Source: a virus
Taxonomy: Duplodnaviria > Caudoviricetes
Strand: one strand, 5' to 3'
Virus record (IMG/VR): IMGVR_UViG_3300044513_001233
Coordinates: 1-44,187 of that record
Length of the DNA: 44,187 nt
Shown here: positions 43,367 through 44,187 of the stretch, piece after piece
How the letters are laid out: each line of letters begins with the position of its first letter
How positions within the stretch are numbered: position 1 is the stretch's first letter
Notes under the pieces: generated by a model
The model's database searches: none
Seen by the model: the letters and a program-made list of their open reading frames with translations, nothing else
What the model was told of the DNA's origin: nothing
Made by a program: the position numbers and the translations under genes

Positions 43367-44187
43367 ATGCGTAAGATATCCTTTTTACCTTTATTTATAT
43401 GGGTATTTTCTCTGTTGTACGGGGGAGTTACGAGTGCCGCTAGTTATACCGTCACCGAAGAATCTGACTGGTACTTCACAGTCGATCAAGACCAAACTCT
43501 CGTCATCATCTATGGCAACAGTAACCAGTCGTGCGAAGAGGTAACAGTTGACCCATACCTATGGCTGTATGACGACATCGACACGCTGGTCGCATACGAC
43601 GACGACGGCAACTTCAACGAGCAAGACCAGTGCGTGTCGTCGAAGATTTACACGACGCTGGATGCTGGCGACTACCGCCTACGCGCAGGCTACTACCCTG
43701 AGCAGTTAGGGCTTGGAAACACGCCTGAGTGGGGGGCTGGCGAGTATGAACTTACCACAGAGTTCAGTTTAATAGGCACGGGCACGACCACATCTACTAT
43801 AGTAACTACCACTCTTCCGCCGACTACCACCACAACTACGATATGGGAAACATCTACAACTTCTACCACGACAACCACCACCTCGGTTCCTGTACCGGTG
43901 GTCCAACCTGTCCCTTCCTCTACGACGACGACCACCGTCGCTACCACCACGACGACGGTGCCTCCGACAACCACCACCACGACGACGGTGCCTCCGACTA
44001 CAACAACGACCACCACAAGTTCAACAACAACGGTGCCCCCGACGACCTCTTCGACAACTTCTACGACGAGTTCAACAAGCACTACAACCACCACGACGAC
44101 AACGCTTCCACCGCCGCCGCCATCGACTACGTCAACAACCACGACTACGACAGTCCCCCCAACGACGACTTCTACGACGACTTCTAC
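43367..44187 (+). CDS. Secreted protein with PPC-like beta domain and long Thr/Pro linker (3' truncated by the window; not in ORF track)
   Basis: MRKISFLPLFIWVFSLLYGGVTSAA signal peptide; DPYLWLYD...LVAYDDD...LDAGDYRL; then TTTTTVPP repeats, open to the window end. Confidence 0.8.
   Translation, partial: MRKISFLPLFIWVFSLLYGGVTSAASYTVTEESDWYFTVDQDQTLVIIYGNSNQSCEEVTVDPYLWLYDDIDTLVAYDDDGNFNEQDQCVSSKIYTTLDAGDYRLRAGYYPEQLGLGNTPEWGAGEYELTTEFSLIGTGTTTSTIVTTTLPPTTTTTTIWETSTTSTTTTTTSVPVPVVQPVPSSTTTTTVATTTTTVPPTTTTTTTVPPTTTTTTTSSTTTVPPTTSSTTSTTSSTSTTTTTTTTLPPPPPSTTSTTTTTTVPPTTTSTTTS

Noticed and set aside
43693-44142. Minus-strand Val-rich 149-aa ORF
   Set aside because: Antisense shadow of the Thr-rich linker of the plus-strand gene starting at 43367
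1-44187. Stop-codon reassignment or alternative genetic code
   Set aside because: Core genes are full length in the standard code and TAA, TAG and TGA all end genes at tight junctions

Overview
The window is a continuous, almost entirely plus-strand virion morphogenesis region of a contractile-tailed dsDNA phage (myovirus). An aquatic actinobacterial (Acidimicrobiia-like) host is likely, but this is inference from protein style and promoter form. Gene order: small accessory genes, terminase large subunit (2656-4221), RNase H-fold exonuclease, four small Lys-rich proteins, portal, scaffold, major capsid protein and a strong terminator. A ~17 kb block of fibre/adhesin genes follows (10.9-28.4 kb), then neck genes, tail sheath, tube, tail chaperone with a candidate frameshift, a tape measure protein with two peptidoglycan-hydrolase domains, baseplate hub and spike, and a final accessory island. 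The most striking element lies inside the fibre block. A Gly-rich adhesin-like gene carries a mirror-organised His-rich insert whose core is about 43% His. It is followed in one tightly packed gene run by two small proteins, two 2OG-Fe(II) oxygenases, a flavin-dependent halogenase and a dUTPase-fold-like protein. This is a candidate virion-protein tailoring or metal-binding cassette. Also noted: a GC-rich Y-shaped double hairpin (802-859), a recurrent TGnTAnnnT promoter motif, a probable gene-deletion scar (25950-25982), and several small or partial genes missing from the ORF track. All family calls come from motif recognition by eye; no searches were run.
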